This document shows, in pieces, positions 12,796 through 26,314 of a stretch of 64,000 nucleotides of DNA (positions within the stretch are counted from its first letter, which is position 1; every line of letters begins with the position of its first letter). Origin of the DNA: Octopus vulgaris (lineage: Eukaryota). Below the pieces are notes generated by a model, which did no database searches, was not told the DNA's origin, and saw nothing but the letters and a program-made list of their open reading frames with translations. Position numbers and translations under genes: made by a program. Where the stretch lies: positions 56,668,001 to 56,732,000 of the forward strand of contig OX597827.1 in assembly GCA_951406725.2 (NCBI GenBank), read 5' to 3'.

Positions 12796-13862
12796 TATAT
12801 CTCTTTATCAGCATTCCCAAACGGATTATCAAATTTAACCTTTTAGCAGCTACACCAGACATATCCAGCTAAAATATTATCTGAGTTTTATGTTCAAATT
12901 GGTCAAATCTAGTCTTTCACAACTACTCTATGATGTCATTATAAGAATAAACAATCACATCACCGAAATCTTTAAGCATCAAGATAATGCATAATCAATT
13001 AAAAAAACAATGTGAACAAATAAGCATTACATTTGATAGGGTAATCTGAATGCCAAAAAATGAAATTAAGGCTGAATTAAGATCTATATTTAGATTATCA
13101 GTTTTGTGAGATAAATTAAATTGAGAGAGAGAGAGAACGAAGATCTATGTTGGGAAGGGGACTTATGTTGGTGGAAAGGAGACACATATCAAGCTTCCAC
13201 AGCAACAGTTAATCCCTGCCCACTGACTGCTTACAGAGGCATGGCCAAATACTCAACCCTGGAGATAACAATTACAATATAGAATTGCAAAATATTGAAG
13301 CTAAATAGGATTCCAGCAGAGTTAACATCCTTTCAACATGCCACTGATACACAGTGGGACTGCTATTAAATCAGCCACTCATGTACAATCAGAAAATGTT
13401 TGGTTACAAAGCACATTTGATTGGTTTATTTCCTTATAATTAGAGTATTTGACTACAAAACATTGGATCCGTTACATTTATGTACACTAAGAGGACAGAA
13501 CTTCCTAGCGTAAAGCAGTCAGAATTTGTAAAACATCCATACCATACCCCTATTAAAGATAAAAGGTGGAAAAAAATGAAGCATGAAATTATTTGTAAAA
13601 ATTACTAATTATTAAGGTAAAAAACACACATGGGAATGGGTACTATAGATGAAAGGGTACAGTTTTATATAATTTGCATTTAATATTGATTATTCTGAGT
13701 TTATAGCTTTTAATACTTATTCTACTGATTCAAATGGGACGGAAAATGATTTTCAGGATTTAAACTTAGAATAGCAAGAGATGAGACTAAACACAACAAT
13801 ATGTGTGTGAGTGTGTAGAGTATATATATTGTGTGAGTTGTGTTGTTTTAGATTTTTGGATT

Positions 13863-14017
13863 CTTATTGTATTAGGTGTTGTGTGTGAAGACTTCCATTT
13901 GAGGTATTCTATTGAATTAATAGTGCCTGGTGCAAGATGCTTATTGTATTAGGTGTTGTGTGTGAAGACTTCCATTTGAGGTATTCTATTGAATTAATAG
14001 TGCCTGGTGCAAGATGC
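13863..14017 (+). repeat. Perfect 77-bp tandem duplication
   Basis: CTTATTGTATTAGGTGTTG...GCCTGGTGCAAGATG occurs at 13863 and 13940. Confidence 0.95.
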
Positions 14018-14092
14018 AGTTTGCTCCTAGTAGAGCTATTTTCTGAACAGCGTGCAGTGGTATGAGCCCTGGTATGGCTTATATATATATAT

Positions 14093-14396
14093 ATCACGTG
14101 ATCACGTGACCGACCAGACCATCAGATGTTACACATCGCTGGTCACAATGCATTTGCATTGTTTTAGCCTTTAAATGACGCCACCCCGCTGGCTAAGCGA
14201 GCAGGCTAACAGAGGAAAGAGTGGGAGAAGCAGTGGTGAAAGAGTACAGCAGGGATCACCACCCCCTGCCGGAGCCTCGTGAAGCTTTTAGGTGTTTTCG
14301 CTCAATAAACACACACAACGCCCGGTCTGGGAATCAAAACCGCGATCCTCCGACCGCGAGTCCACTACCCTAACCACTGGGCCATTGCGCCTCCAC
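14093..14396 (-). mobile_element. tRNA-derived SINE family C (OR-like), tail type 2
   Basis: Head GTGGAGGCGCAATGGCCCAGTGGTTAGGG with pol III A/B boxes; same tail as 53441-53727. Confidence 0.85.
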
Positions 14397-16238
14397 ATAT
14401 ATATAATAACAATTTAATAAATAAAATATATGCATACATACATACATATATGTACATACCTACATCTATATGTATATATACATGCATATATGAGTACAGG
14501 ACACCACAAATAAACGTAGAACACAAGGAGAAATGGAAACATAGAAACAAAACAAGGAAACAGACTTTTTTTAACAACGAAAAAACAGAGTACAAGACAA
14601 ACAACAGAGGGAACATTCCCCTTCTTCAGCTGCCCCTGTTTCGACTCATTGCGTGTTTCGAATGTAAGGGCAGAACACGACTACGCTGAAACAATCCTTC
14701 CTGCAAATGAATTAAATAAAATTTTTTTGTGGAAGGGTAAAAAAAGGTGACAAGAGCAGGACGTAAAAGCAATACAAATAAAGAAAAAAAAAACAGTACA
14801 AATAAAGATAAAAGCAATAAAAGACAGGACAAGGAAACCAACAATATATATTAGGTGCAGTCATAATTGTGAGAGTAAGCTAATTTTCCTATCACTTCCG
14901 GTGCACAGCCAACACAAGCAAGTGTCTTCTACTATAGCATTGGGTCAACCAAAGCCTTGTGAGTGAATTTGATAGAGGGAAACTGAAAGAAGCCTATCAA
15001 ATGTAAGTATGTATGTGTGTGTGTGTCTCTGTGCTTCTTTATATCTGTGCATTATGTCAGTCACTATAAGCTGTGTCATTGGTGCTTCTCCAACAATTGT
15101 CCTATTCATAGATGTATGAAATAAAAGATACCTAACTTGAAAAACAGGTAAGGATTAGTGACAAGGCATCCGGCTTTGACAATATATTCACCTAACCCAT
15201 GCACGCACAGAAAAAATGGACATAAAAGAAATGAATGAATATCTCTCTCTCTCTCTCTCTCATATCATCATCATTTAGCGTCCGCTTTCCATGCTAGCAT
15301 GGGTTGGACAGTTCAACTGGGGTCTGGGAAGCCAGAAGGCTGCACCAGGCCCAGTCTGATCTGGCAATGTTTCTACGGCTGGATGCCCTTCCTAATGCCA
15401 ACCACTCCGTGAGTGTAGTTGGAGCTTTTTACGTGCCACCGGCACAGGTGCCAGACGGGGCTGGCAAACGGCCACAGTCGGATGGTGCTTTTTACGTGCC
15501 ACCGGCACGGGGGCCAGGCAAGGCGGTGGTGATGAGATATTACCATTACCTTTCACTTGCTCCATACTTTAGTCTCTCAACACCTGGCATAAAGCTATCT
15601 CCTCCCCTATATACCCTCCACCAAATCAAGGAGGCTTGTTTTGTGAGTTACCACTTGACCCCACTAGTATGGGTGCTATGAGAAAAAATTACTTGGAAGT
15701 GAGTGGTATTAGGAAGGGCATCCAGCCACAGAAGCCATGAAAAAGAAGGCACTGGAGTTTGATAGTCTACTATTGACCAATGCCAGTATGGAAGATGGAC
15801 ATTAGATGATGATGATGATGATGATGATATATTCCAAGGCCTTTTTCAAATTATGACATAAAAAGCAACACAGTATTAAGTACAAAAGAAAACTCTAACA
15901 CTGCTAAATGCAAATAAAATTTCACTGTAAATTTCAATGTTTCTAGACATCAGATGTGATTTTGAATATTAATAAAATCATTTTTTTTTTACAGCTCTTA
16001 TTTGATTGCTATTTAACAGTTCTATTTTCTTAATCAAAAAGCTAATACAACCTCATGCAACAGTCAATATAACCACTAATATAGCCACATATGTCTGTTA
16101 AATTAGAACAGCTATTATAATCCCATATGTCACTTAATATTACAGCTAATATAATCTGCATATCATTCAATATGACTGCTGATGTATAGCCGTATGTCAG
16201 TAAATATAACTACTAATATAACTCTGTAAGCTAGTTAA

Positions 16239-16460
16239 CCCTTTCATTACCATATTTATTTTGAGATGCTCTGTGTTTCTTTCAATTATTTTAAATATAA
16301 CAAAGAATTTAGTAAAATGACTTAATTATCATTAAGCTAGTGTTAGGAACATAAATTGTGACTAAGGTTTGGTGGAAGATTTTTAATTCAAAACTTATGA
16401 AAAGAGAACATTTGTACTACAGAGCCAGAGCCAGTTTCAGCCAGGTTGGTAATGAAAGGG
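16239..16460 (+). mobile_element. piggyBac-like MITE family 1
   Basis: Perfect 14-bp TIR CCCTTTCATTACCA/TGGTAATGAAAGGG with TTAA on both sides. Confidence 0.9.
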
Positions 16461-16578
16461 TTAAATATAATTGCTAATATAAACTCCTACATCACCAACA
16501 AAGAACTAAACAAGAGGACAAGAAAGACTATGTCAGTGGTCCCTAACCGTTTCCCTATGGAGAAGCTCTTTTACTTAA

Positions 16579-16761
16579 CCCTTCAGCATTCACATTATTC
16601 TGTTAAAAGCAATGCTTATTTTGTAATTTTGAGAGTTTCATGAGGTAGCTTAATTTTTAGAATGATATTGTTGGGTAGGTGCAAAAGGCCAGATCTGGCC
16701 AGCTTGAGCATAAAACAGGTAGCAGGTTTGGCCAGATATGACCAGTTTGAATATTAAAGGG
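16579..16761 (+). mobile_element. piggyBac-like MITE family 2
   Basis: TTAA-CCCTTCAGCATTC...GAATATTAAAGGG-TTAA. Other copies at ~12839-13035 (reversed), 19226-19430, 21105-21320, 25818-26034, 27001-27628 and a fragment near 63385. Confidence 0.8.
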
Positions 16762-16837
16762 TTAAAATAATTTTCCCTATGAAGCTCTAAGCTTTCAAAA
16801 GGTCTGTCTGTTCTTCAAGTTAATCTTATAAACTAAC

Positions 16838-16937
16838 AAGCGTGGCTGTGTGGTAAGAAGCTTGCTTCCCAACCACATGGTTGTGAGTGGATTTCATAAA
16901 TGGAAACTGAAAGAAGCCCATTGTGTGTGTGTATGTA

Positions 16938-16973
<36 letters not shown>

Positions 16974-17470
16974 GGGAGAGTTTACGAAAAAAACAAAAGA
17001 TGAAGACAGGTGGTGTACAAAACAACAGATGTATTAGTATAATGCTCAGGAATAGAAAAAGTCTTTTACGTTTTGAGCCTACGCTCTTCTACAGAAAGGG
17101 ACACAGAAAAAACAAGGAGAGGAAAAAAAAAGGAGAGAAAAAATGCGTGTAGTGGCTAACGATCTATCATGGCGACTGGATATATATGTATTTATGTGTG
17201 TGTCTGTCCCCACGCCATCTCTTGACAACTGATGCTGGTGTGTTTCTGTCCCCGTAACTTAGTGGTTCACCAAAAGGAACTGATAGAATAAGTACTAGGC
17301 TAACAAAAAATAAGTCCTAGGAGTGATTTCTTCAACTAAAACCCTGTAAAGCAATGCTCCAATAGAATAATTACTAGGCTTACAAAGAATAAGTCTTGGG
17401 GTCAACTTGCTCGACAAAATGCGGTGCTCCAGCATGGCCACAGTCAAATGACTGAAACAAGTAAAAGAAT
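16838..17470 (+). mobile_element. SINE family A interrupted by a Penelope-like fragment (~16970-17180)
   Basis: Head and tail of family A surround an insert that carries a degenerate hammerhead at 17063-17098 (minus strand). Confidence 0.7.
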
Positions 17471-17575
17471 AACAACAAATACAATTTCCCAGCTACATCT
17501 TTCAAGTGTTAAGATGCACGTAACTGAATAATTACAGATTTTATGCTGTCAGTTTTTAAAATTATGAACAGAGCA

Positions 17576-17960
17576 TAGGAGCGGCTGTGTAGTTAGTAGC
17601 TTGCTTACCAACCACATAGTTCAGGGTTCAGTCCCACTGCGTGGCACCTTGGGAAAGTGTCTTCTACTATAGCCTCGGGCCAACCAAAGCCTTGTGTGTG
17701 GATTTGGTAGACGGAAACTGAAAGAAGCCCGTCGTATATATGTATGTGTATGTTTGTATGTCTGTGTTTGCCCCCCCAACATTGCCTGACAACCGATACT
17801 GGTGTGTTTATGTCCCTGTAACTTAGCAGTTTGGCAAAAGAGACCAATAGAATAAGTACTAGGCTTACAAAGAATAAGTCCTGGGGTCGATTTGCTCGAC
17901 AAAATGCGGTGCTCCAGCATGGCCACAGTCGAATGACTGAAACCAGTAAAAGAGTAAAAG
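17576..17960 (+). mobile_element. SINE family A (tRNA head, CORE-like segment, internal TA/TG microsatellite, GTAAAAGA tail)
   Basis: Full-length copy. Others at ~23705-24105(+), 24900-25390(+), 37800-38360(+), 38983-39360(-), 46297-46682(+), 52818-53188(-), 53889-54300(+). Confidence 0.9.
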
Positions 17961-18233
17961 CCCCCCAACCACCATAATACTAAATTTCTAGACTCCCAAC
18001 AGTCTGTGAGCAGGCTGTGAACCATTAACTGTGACTTAGACAAGTGCAAGAAAGAGGTATAGATAGATGTGGTAATTTCTCAAAATCAAACACCCTAAAA
18101 ACTGCAATAAGCAGTAAGAAAAAAGAAATAAAATTTCAAAATTTATTCATTCTGTGTGGTCCACTATCAATGATCCATGGCCTGGTACCAGTCAGTGGCT
18201 TGGTGGCTCAAGACCTCTGGCCTAGAATGTTTG

Positions 18234-18470
18234 TTATTTCTTTATTGCCCACAAGGGGCTAAACTAAGAGGAGACAAACAAGGACAGACAGACGGATTAA
18301 ATCGATTACATCGACCCCAGTGTGTACTGGTACTTAATTTATCGATGCCGAAAGAATGAAAGGCAAAGTCGACCTCGGCGGAATTTGAACTCAGAATGTA
18401 ACGGCCAACAAAATACCGCTAAGCATTTCGCCCGATGTGCTAACGTTTCTGCCAGCTCACCACCTTTATA
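18234..18470 (-). mobile_element. SINE family B
   Basis: 16-bp TSD TGGCCTAGAATGTTTG at 18218-18233 and 18471-18486. Confidence 0.9.
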
Positions 18471-21334
18471 TGGCCTAGAATGTTTGGGTGTATAAAAGAA
18501 ATGCTGCACAATATATGAAAGTGGATCTCTAAAGTAGACTGCAGAGAGTCATCAAGTAATTTTTGAAAATGAAATCTAGCCTCTAGAGTACAATTTAGTC
18601 ATGTTAAAGATATGTGGTTGTGACAGAGGGTTATCAGTTGTGAGACTTGTAGTACAAGTTTACCTCGTACTTGTAATATGAGTTTACCTATGCATCACTG
18701 CCCCTGAATGGTGAGAGTGCACTGTTACAAGATATTTTATCTTTCATTGTTTATTTGCTTCAGTCATTTAACTGTAGCCATGCTAGGGCATTGCCTTGAA
18801 GGGTTTAATTGAACAAATCAACCCCAGCATTTATTTTTGAAATCCTGTATTCTATTGGTCATGTTTGCTGAACCACTAAATTACAGGGATATAAACAAAC
18901 CAACACCAGTTGCCAAGTGGTGGTGGGGAACAAACACACATATACAAATTGTGTGTATGTGTGTGTGGTAAAGACCCCCTTTGGTCACAAATGACCATGG
19001 GACTGCACCTAGAAAGTTCTCCAAAGGACAAGTCCGGGCAAGGTTGTTCATGGAAGACCAGCAGTTGCCCATTCAGACTAGCCTCTCCTCTCCATGCAAC
19101 TGATGTTGTCCAAGGGAAAGGCAAAGGCTGATAAAGCTTGGTACAAAAGAGAAAGTAGAAAGTTATTCACCATTGGTTGAACATCCACTTTATCATGCTT
19201 GCATGGATCAGATGAAATTCCTTAACCCTTTAGCATTCAGATTACTTTGTCACATGTAATGCATATTCATTCACATGCTTTTGAATTAATTATGGATCAT
19301 CTTGTAGCTTTGAGATATCTATGATGTGCTTGTTTATGATATGAAAGACATTGTCAGGAAGGTGTGAGAGGCCAGACCTGGTCAGCTTGAACACTTTGGG
19401 CCAGATATGGCCAATTTGAATGCTAAATGGTTAAAACAGATGTTCTACAGCTGCATGCCTCTCTTGTTGCCAACCCAAACTATTTTCCCATGTCCAGACA
19501 TGTTTTCATGAAAGACTGGAAACAAGGGTCACAGCTTGTATAATGGTAATGTTTGTCTGTACCATCACACACATGTATGTATTATTATTAGTTGAGCTGT
19601 GAAAGGTGCTTTATTTTACTAACTGGATGCTCTTAATACTGCTTAGCACTTGACCATAAAGTAAGAGAGTAACCCACTTCGCTGTAATCTCTAGCTCACA
19701 GAAGATGGTGAACTGGCAAAATCATTAGCACACCAGGCAAAATGCTCAGTGGCATTTCATCTGCCGCTACATTCTGAGTTCAAATTCCGCTAAGGTTGAC
19801 TTTGCCTTTCGTCCTTTTGGGGTCAATTAAATAAGTACCAGTTATGCACTGGACTGGGGTCGATATAATCGACTTAATCCGTTTGTCTGTCCTTGTTTGT
19901 CCTCTCTGTGTTTAGCCCCTTGTGGGCAGTAAAGAAGTAGGTATTTCATCCGTCTTCATGTACTGAGTTCAAATTCTACTGGAGGTTGACTTTGCTTTTC
20001 AGGGTCTGTAAAATAAGTACCAGTTGAGTACAGGGGTTGATGTAATTGACTTACCCCTCCCTGAAATTGCTGGTTTTGTACCAAATGTGGAACCAATCTC
20101 TAGCCCAGAGAGATACTATCTCTTTGTCCTGGCTTGTCCACTGCTGCTGCAATATTTTCTGCTTTACAGAGCTAGTCTGTGGCGTGCCACTTCCACCCAA
20201 GTCAAGCCAACTCACCCATTTCTTCCACCCTCATCTAATTTATGTTTCTCCCAACATGAGCTCTCTACCACCACCATAGTAATCACAAGTCATGATCCGT
20301 CATCTCCAGAATATCAACTTTTTTGAATTCTCTCTCTGCATCCTTCAGCTCGCAGGTACTCTATCTGAACACTAGCTAAATTGTTTTCACCAATTCTTGG
20401 GAGGCCTTTTGAAGATTACAAGCATAAGAATATATCTTCAAACCAAAGAGAGAATCTGAGTGCCTGGAACAAAATGGGGTCCAGTGAAGTCACCCAAAAA
20501 CCAAATGGTGGTTTTCAATCAAGCAACAGATTAAGTCTACCGCCCATGTAGGCTATGGTTAGAGTTGAACTCAGAAAGCAAAGCACCAGAAACAATACCA
20601 CAAGGCACCTGTCTGATGCTCTAATGACTGCCAATTTGCAAGCTGTTCAAACCATATAGATACTAAGTTATTTGTTCAGACCTTCTTATACTCAATCTTA
20701 TTGATATGATGTCATATTAACATGATGCATTTAGTAGGACAACTGCTAATTTCTTAATTTCTAAATGTAACAGTATTAGTATCATGAATGCTTATGGGAT
20801 TGTTTGTTTTAAAATGTAAGCCACAATGAAGGAACGTAATTAATTTTTCATCAAGTTATCAACCTCAAAGTGAAATTTAAGTAGTTTATGGTAATCAGAG
20901 CAGACATCATCAATGCTCTTGTAATTATCCTGCCATTATGAAGTTTCATATCCTGGTTATATTAATTTAAATATGGATACTAATTAAAATATTGTATCAG
21001 ATGGATATGATATCATTAGTTGATAAAAAAAATTAAAAGAAAAAAACAAGACTGAGTCTTAGGAAATGTAACAATAAACTTATTTGTTGAGTTACATTAT
21101 TTAAACCTTCAGCATTCAGATTTCTGTGTCAGATGTAATGCTTATTTATTCACATTGATATGAATTAGAGATGCATTACCTTGTAGTTTTGAGATTTCAA
21201 TGACATGATTGTTTGTTTCTAGAATAATATTTTAGGGTAAGTGTGAGAGGCTGGATCTGGTTAGTCTGAAGGTAAAACAGATTACTTTGGCTGGATATGG
21301 CCAGTTTAAATGTTAAAAGGTTAAGAGTAAAGAG

Positions 21335-21640
21335 TAAAGACCTCCTTCAGTCATGGGATTCCACCTAGAAAGTTACTTTCCAAGGCAAAAGTTTGGGCAA
21401 GGTTGTTTATGGAAGACTAGCAGTCGCCCATGCATAGCAGCCTCTCCTCTACACACCACCAATGTTATCCAAGGGAAAGGCAAAGGCCAATACACCTTGG
21501 CACCTGTGACGTTGCAACTCATTTCTACAGCTGAGAAAACTGGAGCAACATGAAGTAAAATGTCATGCTCAGGAACACAACACACAGCCTGATCTGGGAA
21601 TTGAACTCACTACCTCATGATTGTGAGCCGATTGCTCTAA
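21335..21640 (-). mobile_element. tRNA-derived SINE family E
   Basis: tRNA-like head on the minus strand. Its tail segment AAAGACC...GGGCAAGGTTGTT(T/C)ATGGAAGAC is also present at ~18970-19140. Confidence 0.65.
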
Positions 21641-21846
21641 ACACTAAAATGGTCTTTTCCATGAAATCTGTGATCAAACGTTGTTGCAATTTACTTCCAT
21701 GGTTCCAGCAGACAAAATGGAAAAGACATTGTCCCAGAGGATGGCTATGGCAGAAGAACGAATTTGGCTTTGTCAGGTACATGAGAAGGAATTGACCTAT
21801 TGAACTTCTCAACATAGTGGTACTGAAGATTATAGAAACATTCTCA

Positions 21847-22380
21847 TTTGTGGAGGCACATGGCTTAGTGATTGTAAGATTGTGGTTTCGATTCCTGGAC
21901 CGGGCGACGTGTTGTGTTCTTGAGCAAAACACTTCATTTCACGCTGCTCCAGTCCACTAAGGTGGCGAGCTGGCAGAAACATTAGCACACTGGGTGAAAT
22001 GCTTAGCGGTATTTTGTCTGCCGTTACATTCTGAGTTCAAATTCCGCCGAGGTCGACTTTGCCTTTCATCCTTTCGGGGTCGATAAATTAAGTACCAGTT
22101 ACGCACTGGGGTTGATGTAATCAACATAATACCTATGACTGTTCTTGTTTGTCCCCTCTATGTTTAGCCCCTTGTGGGTAATAAAGAAATAGGTATTTTG
22201 TCTGCCGTTACATTCTGAGTTCAAATCCGCCGAGGTCGACTTTGCCTTTTATCCTTTCAGGGTCGATAAATTTAAATTAAGTACCAGTTACGCACTGGGG
22301 TCAATCTAATCGGCTTAATCCATTTGTCTGTCCTTGTTTGTCCTCTCTATGTTTAGCCCCTTGCGAGCAATAAAGAAATA
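21847..22380 (+). mobile_element. Chimeric SINE: Meta-like SINE head fused to a family B partial dimer
   Basis: A single 13-bp TSD, AGAAACATTCTCA, at 21834-21846 and 22381-22393 encloses both parts. Confidence 0.8.
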
Positions 22381-22979
22381 AGAAACATTCTCACTAGCTT
22401 TGAAAATGGTAATTTATATAATGCTCTACCATTTTCTAGCAGATTATCATCATCATCATTATCATAAGTATTTCTCAGTCATCATTATGTAATCTCACCA
22501 TTTCATTTTTACTTTTCTTTTTCTTTTTTTTAGTTAATTAACCACAGGATGGGAAATGTTAAAATAAATGAGAAGTAAAATGAGTAAAATTGCAGAGATA
22601 CTTAGGACATAAATGATTTAGTGTGCATGTCTTGATTAGAGATAGGAGGAGAGAGAGGAGGGAGGGAGGGAGACAGAGTGTATAGATAAACAGTTGTTCA
22701 GGTTAGGTAATAAATCTGATAAGAGACTGTAGCTAGTCTTACTAACAGAGATGTTATTTACCCTCAAGTCAACCCTGACTAAACAGAGCTATGATCAAAG
22801 ATGTTCCCCTCCCCTTAGGCAATGTGCATCAAGAATTACATTATCCAATGTGTCCTTCTCTCTCCAAGGCAGCACAGTGTAACTTAAGGGAGATTTGGAA
22901 GCTGTGTCTGGCAGGTCAGGTTGGTAGACTACAAGCAAGTTTCCTCAGCAGTGAGTGATGGAATGAGATTATTAATTAC

Positions 22980-23058
22980 CTCCATCAGCTCTGTAAGCAG
23001 TAATAACGGATTCCACTGGGCCTGAGTGAGAAAGAACTAGCTGAACTAGAAGTAACAT
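22980..23058 (-). CDS. Candidate first coding exon of an unidentified secreted/membrane protein (MLLLVQLVLSHSGPVESVITAYRADG, phase-1 end); whole exon 22980-23070
   Basis: Non-repetitive sequence. Acceptor AAATCTGTTACAG at 23071-23072, GCCATG start context, the only open frame of the exon, donor GAG|GTAATT. Hydrophobic N-terminus. Confidence 0.55.
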
Positions 23059-23534
23059 GGCTATAATTAACTGTAACAGATTTTAAGTATCATAGGATAG
23101 ATAAATTTAAAATAAAAAATTAAGTATAAAGTTTCAATAGTATATGCATTTCTTATCTGTAATAGTGACTTCAGAAAGTTATCTAATCAGCTAGTTATGT
23201 ACTAATTAGCTGGGTTTAACAGAGTCGCTGTTCTTATGAGACAATGAAAAAAAAGACATGGTTTTGACCACCAGGTATATTTCTGATGGAAAATGCAGGA
23301 AGGGGTAAACCCCATGAAATTAAGGATGGTTGTCCCCTACATTTCCAAATCTGGGGTATTGTTTGTGCATGGTTCTGTTATAAAGGAGAAACTGATGTGC
23401 AACGGTGAGATACCATTGTCCCATGGCAAGGAGCCCAAAATGATTGAGGAGTAGTAGCAAACTGTTGCAGCTACCATTGTTCATTATCACAGGTGTTGGA
23501 TGTAGGTATCCACACACCACCTGCTCCACAAGAC

Positions 23535-24180
23535 CAGTGGTTCACAACCATTTTACATATATGGGCCCCTGTGATTTCCATTTTACTCTACAGGACCTTC
23601 ATAGCCATTCAATGCATATATATAAAAAAAAAACCTAATGTATTTTTATAATTAAATATTATTAGGAATTGTATTAAAAAAGTTGTTAAAATATTTTGTG
23701 TATTGGCAACGGAGTGGCTGTGTGGTAAGTAGCTTGCTTACCAACCACATGGTTCCAGGTTCATTCCCACTGCATGGCACCTTGGGAAAGTATCTTCTGC
23801 TATAGCCTCGGGCCGACCAAAGCCTTGTGAGTGGATTTGGTAGATGGAAACTGAAAGAAGCCCATCGTATATATGTATGTGTGTGTGTGTTTATGTGTCT
23901 GTGTTTGTCCCCCGCCCGCCAACATCGCTTGACAACCGATGCTGGTGAGTTTACGTCCCCGTAACTTAGCGGTTTGGGAAAAGAGATCGATACAATAAGT
24001 ACTAGGCTCACAAAGAATAAGTCCTGGGTTGATTTTCTCGACTAAAGGCGGTGCTCCAGCATGGCCGCAGTCAAATGACTGAAACAAGTAAAAGAGTAAA
24101 GAGAGTATTGTAGAAGTACAAGTAAACTATTACACATAAATCTTAAAAACAAAATATGGACCCGGGTTGAGAACCCCCGT
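23535..24180 (+). mobile_element. hAT (Charlie-like) MITE with a family A SINE inserted
   Basis: Imperfect TIR CAGTGGTTCACAACC/GGTTGAGAACCCCCG. A similar left end, CAGTGTTTCCCAACCATTTTAC, occurs at ~32891. Confidence 0.5.
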
Positions 24181-24392
24181 GCTAGACTTAGGACTTTACT
24201 GCAACCCTAGCAATGGAAAGTAAGAGAAGTTAATGCTTTCTGACATGCTGCCTTAAGTCTCTAAAGAGAAAGGTGACTTAATGTCCCTTATAAAACGTCA
24301 ACCAGAGGAATGACATAACCGTTCCTTTCAGTTATTCTTATTTACAGTTGAATAAAACCTCATCATGCTCTTACTGGTTTGTCTATGTTTGT

Positions 24393-24573
24393 TGGAGACC
24401 TGCATATAGATCCTGGCTAACTGCAGATTGGTTTGGGTGCTATTATGATGAAAAGCCCAAGACATTAGTACCTAAAGTGTCTGGAGACCTGCATATAGAT
24501 CTGGGCAACTGCAGATAGGTTTGGGTGCTATCATGAAGAAAAGCCCAGGACATTAGTACCTAAAGAGTCTGGA
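24393..24573 (+). repeat. 89-bp tandem duplication (slightly diverged)
   Basis: TGGAGACCTGCATATAGATC occurs at 24393 and 24482. Confidence 0.9.
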
Positions 24574-26189
24574 ACATTAACCACTACTGTAAAATATGTA
24601 ATAAGATATTATTTATTTATGATGCACTCTGAGAGATCACATGTGAAAACACATGGTTTTATGACATAAGGTACATCCCATGACCACACGTCACCCACCA
24701 ACTAAAGCAAAATAATCTTCAATAACTAAAAGTCTGAAAACAAGCATGGACATTTAGGGCAAACTTATGAAAATGATTTGGACAAGCAAAAGATTGTTAC
24801 ACTTGTGTTTCAAGCACTTTTTTCAATACAGACCATCAAAAATACTTTATGGGGTGGGGCTGATAGCATATTTTTTTACTAAAAAAATATAAAAAGTATC
24901 TAGCAGGAGTGACTGTGTGGTAAATAGCTTGTTTACCAACCACATGGTTCCAGGTTCAGTCCCACTGCGTGGCACCTTGGGCAAGTGTCTTCTACTATAG
25001 CCTCGGGCCGACCAAAGCCTTGTGAGTGGATTTGGTAGACGGAAACTGAAAGAAGCCCGTCGTATATATGTATGTATATATATATATATATGTCCAACCC
25101 ATGCTAGCATGGAAAACGGACGCTAAATGATGATGATGATGATGATATATATATATATATATATGCGTATGTGTGTTTGTGTCAGTGTTTGTCCCCCTAG
25201 CATTGCTTGACAACCGATGCTGGTGTGTTTATGTCCCCGTTACTTAGCGGTTCGGCAAAAGAGACCGATGGAATAAGTACTGGGCTTACAAAAGAATAAG
25301 TCCCGGGGGTCGAGTTGCTCGATTAAAGGCGGTGCTCCAGCATGGCCACAGTCAAATGACTGAAACAAGTAAAAGAGTAAAGAGAGAGAGCTGTTTAACC
25401 CTTTTTTTATACTAATCTGCCTGAAACCACCCCAGGGTTAATGATACAAACTTCTTAAATCTAAGCTTTCCATCAAAATTTCATGTTAATTTAATATTAC
25501 AAACACCAATTTAATAATGAGTTATTTCACTATTTTTTTTTCCAAAATGAACTGGAACAGAAAGGATTAAGCCAGTAGTTAGTTCAAACAATGGATGCAC
25601 ACAGAGCGACATAGAAATGTCATTATATAAGGTTTCATCAAAATATGCAACAAACAGGATGGGAAACCTAAAAAACTCACATAAGGTAATACAGGATTGA
25701 GAAACAAGGTAATGTGTTGTATTATGTTGAGGTAGCCAACACATGCACTAAAAGGTTCAAGAGGCGGGAGGGGGGGCGGGAAATAAAAGTTAAAACTGAT
25801 GTTTTTTTTTGAGGATTCCTTTAGCATTCAGATTTACTGTCAAATGTTAATACACACCAATTCACATTCTTTTGAGTTCATCATGGATTATCTCATAGCT
25901 TCGAGGTTTTGATGGTGTGATTACTTATTTTAAGAATGACATTGACAGATAGATGTGAGGTGGGATCCGACCAGTTTGAACACAAAGGAGGTAGAATATT
26001 TGAGCCGGATATGGTCAGTTTCAATACTAAAAGGTTAAACAAATTACTTCAGCTCTTTCTCTCTTTCTCTCTCTATATATATAAGGATAAGATTGTTAAT
26101 TTAAATTAAATATCAATCCTATCAAGTGGCCAGCATGGGAATAAAAACCTTCAAAGGTTATTATTAAAATTATAAAAAAATAAAATAAA

Positions 26190-26314
26190 AATAATAATGA
26201 AATTATTGTATACAGTGCTCAGGTGCACCACAACTTGTCAGAAAGTGCATATAAAGTACATGCAGTAATGTAGAAATGTCTGGAAAGCGAACAATGTATG
26301 AGTCAGATACATGC
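26190..26314 (-). mobile_element. CR1 LINE 3' UTR fragment
   Basis: Matches the 3' end of the CR1 at 43117-44375 and the copy at 45733-46107. Confidence 0.85.
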
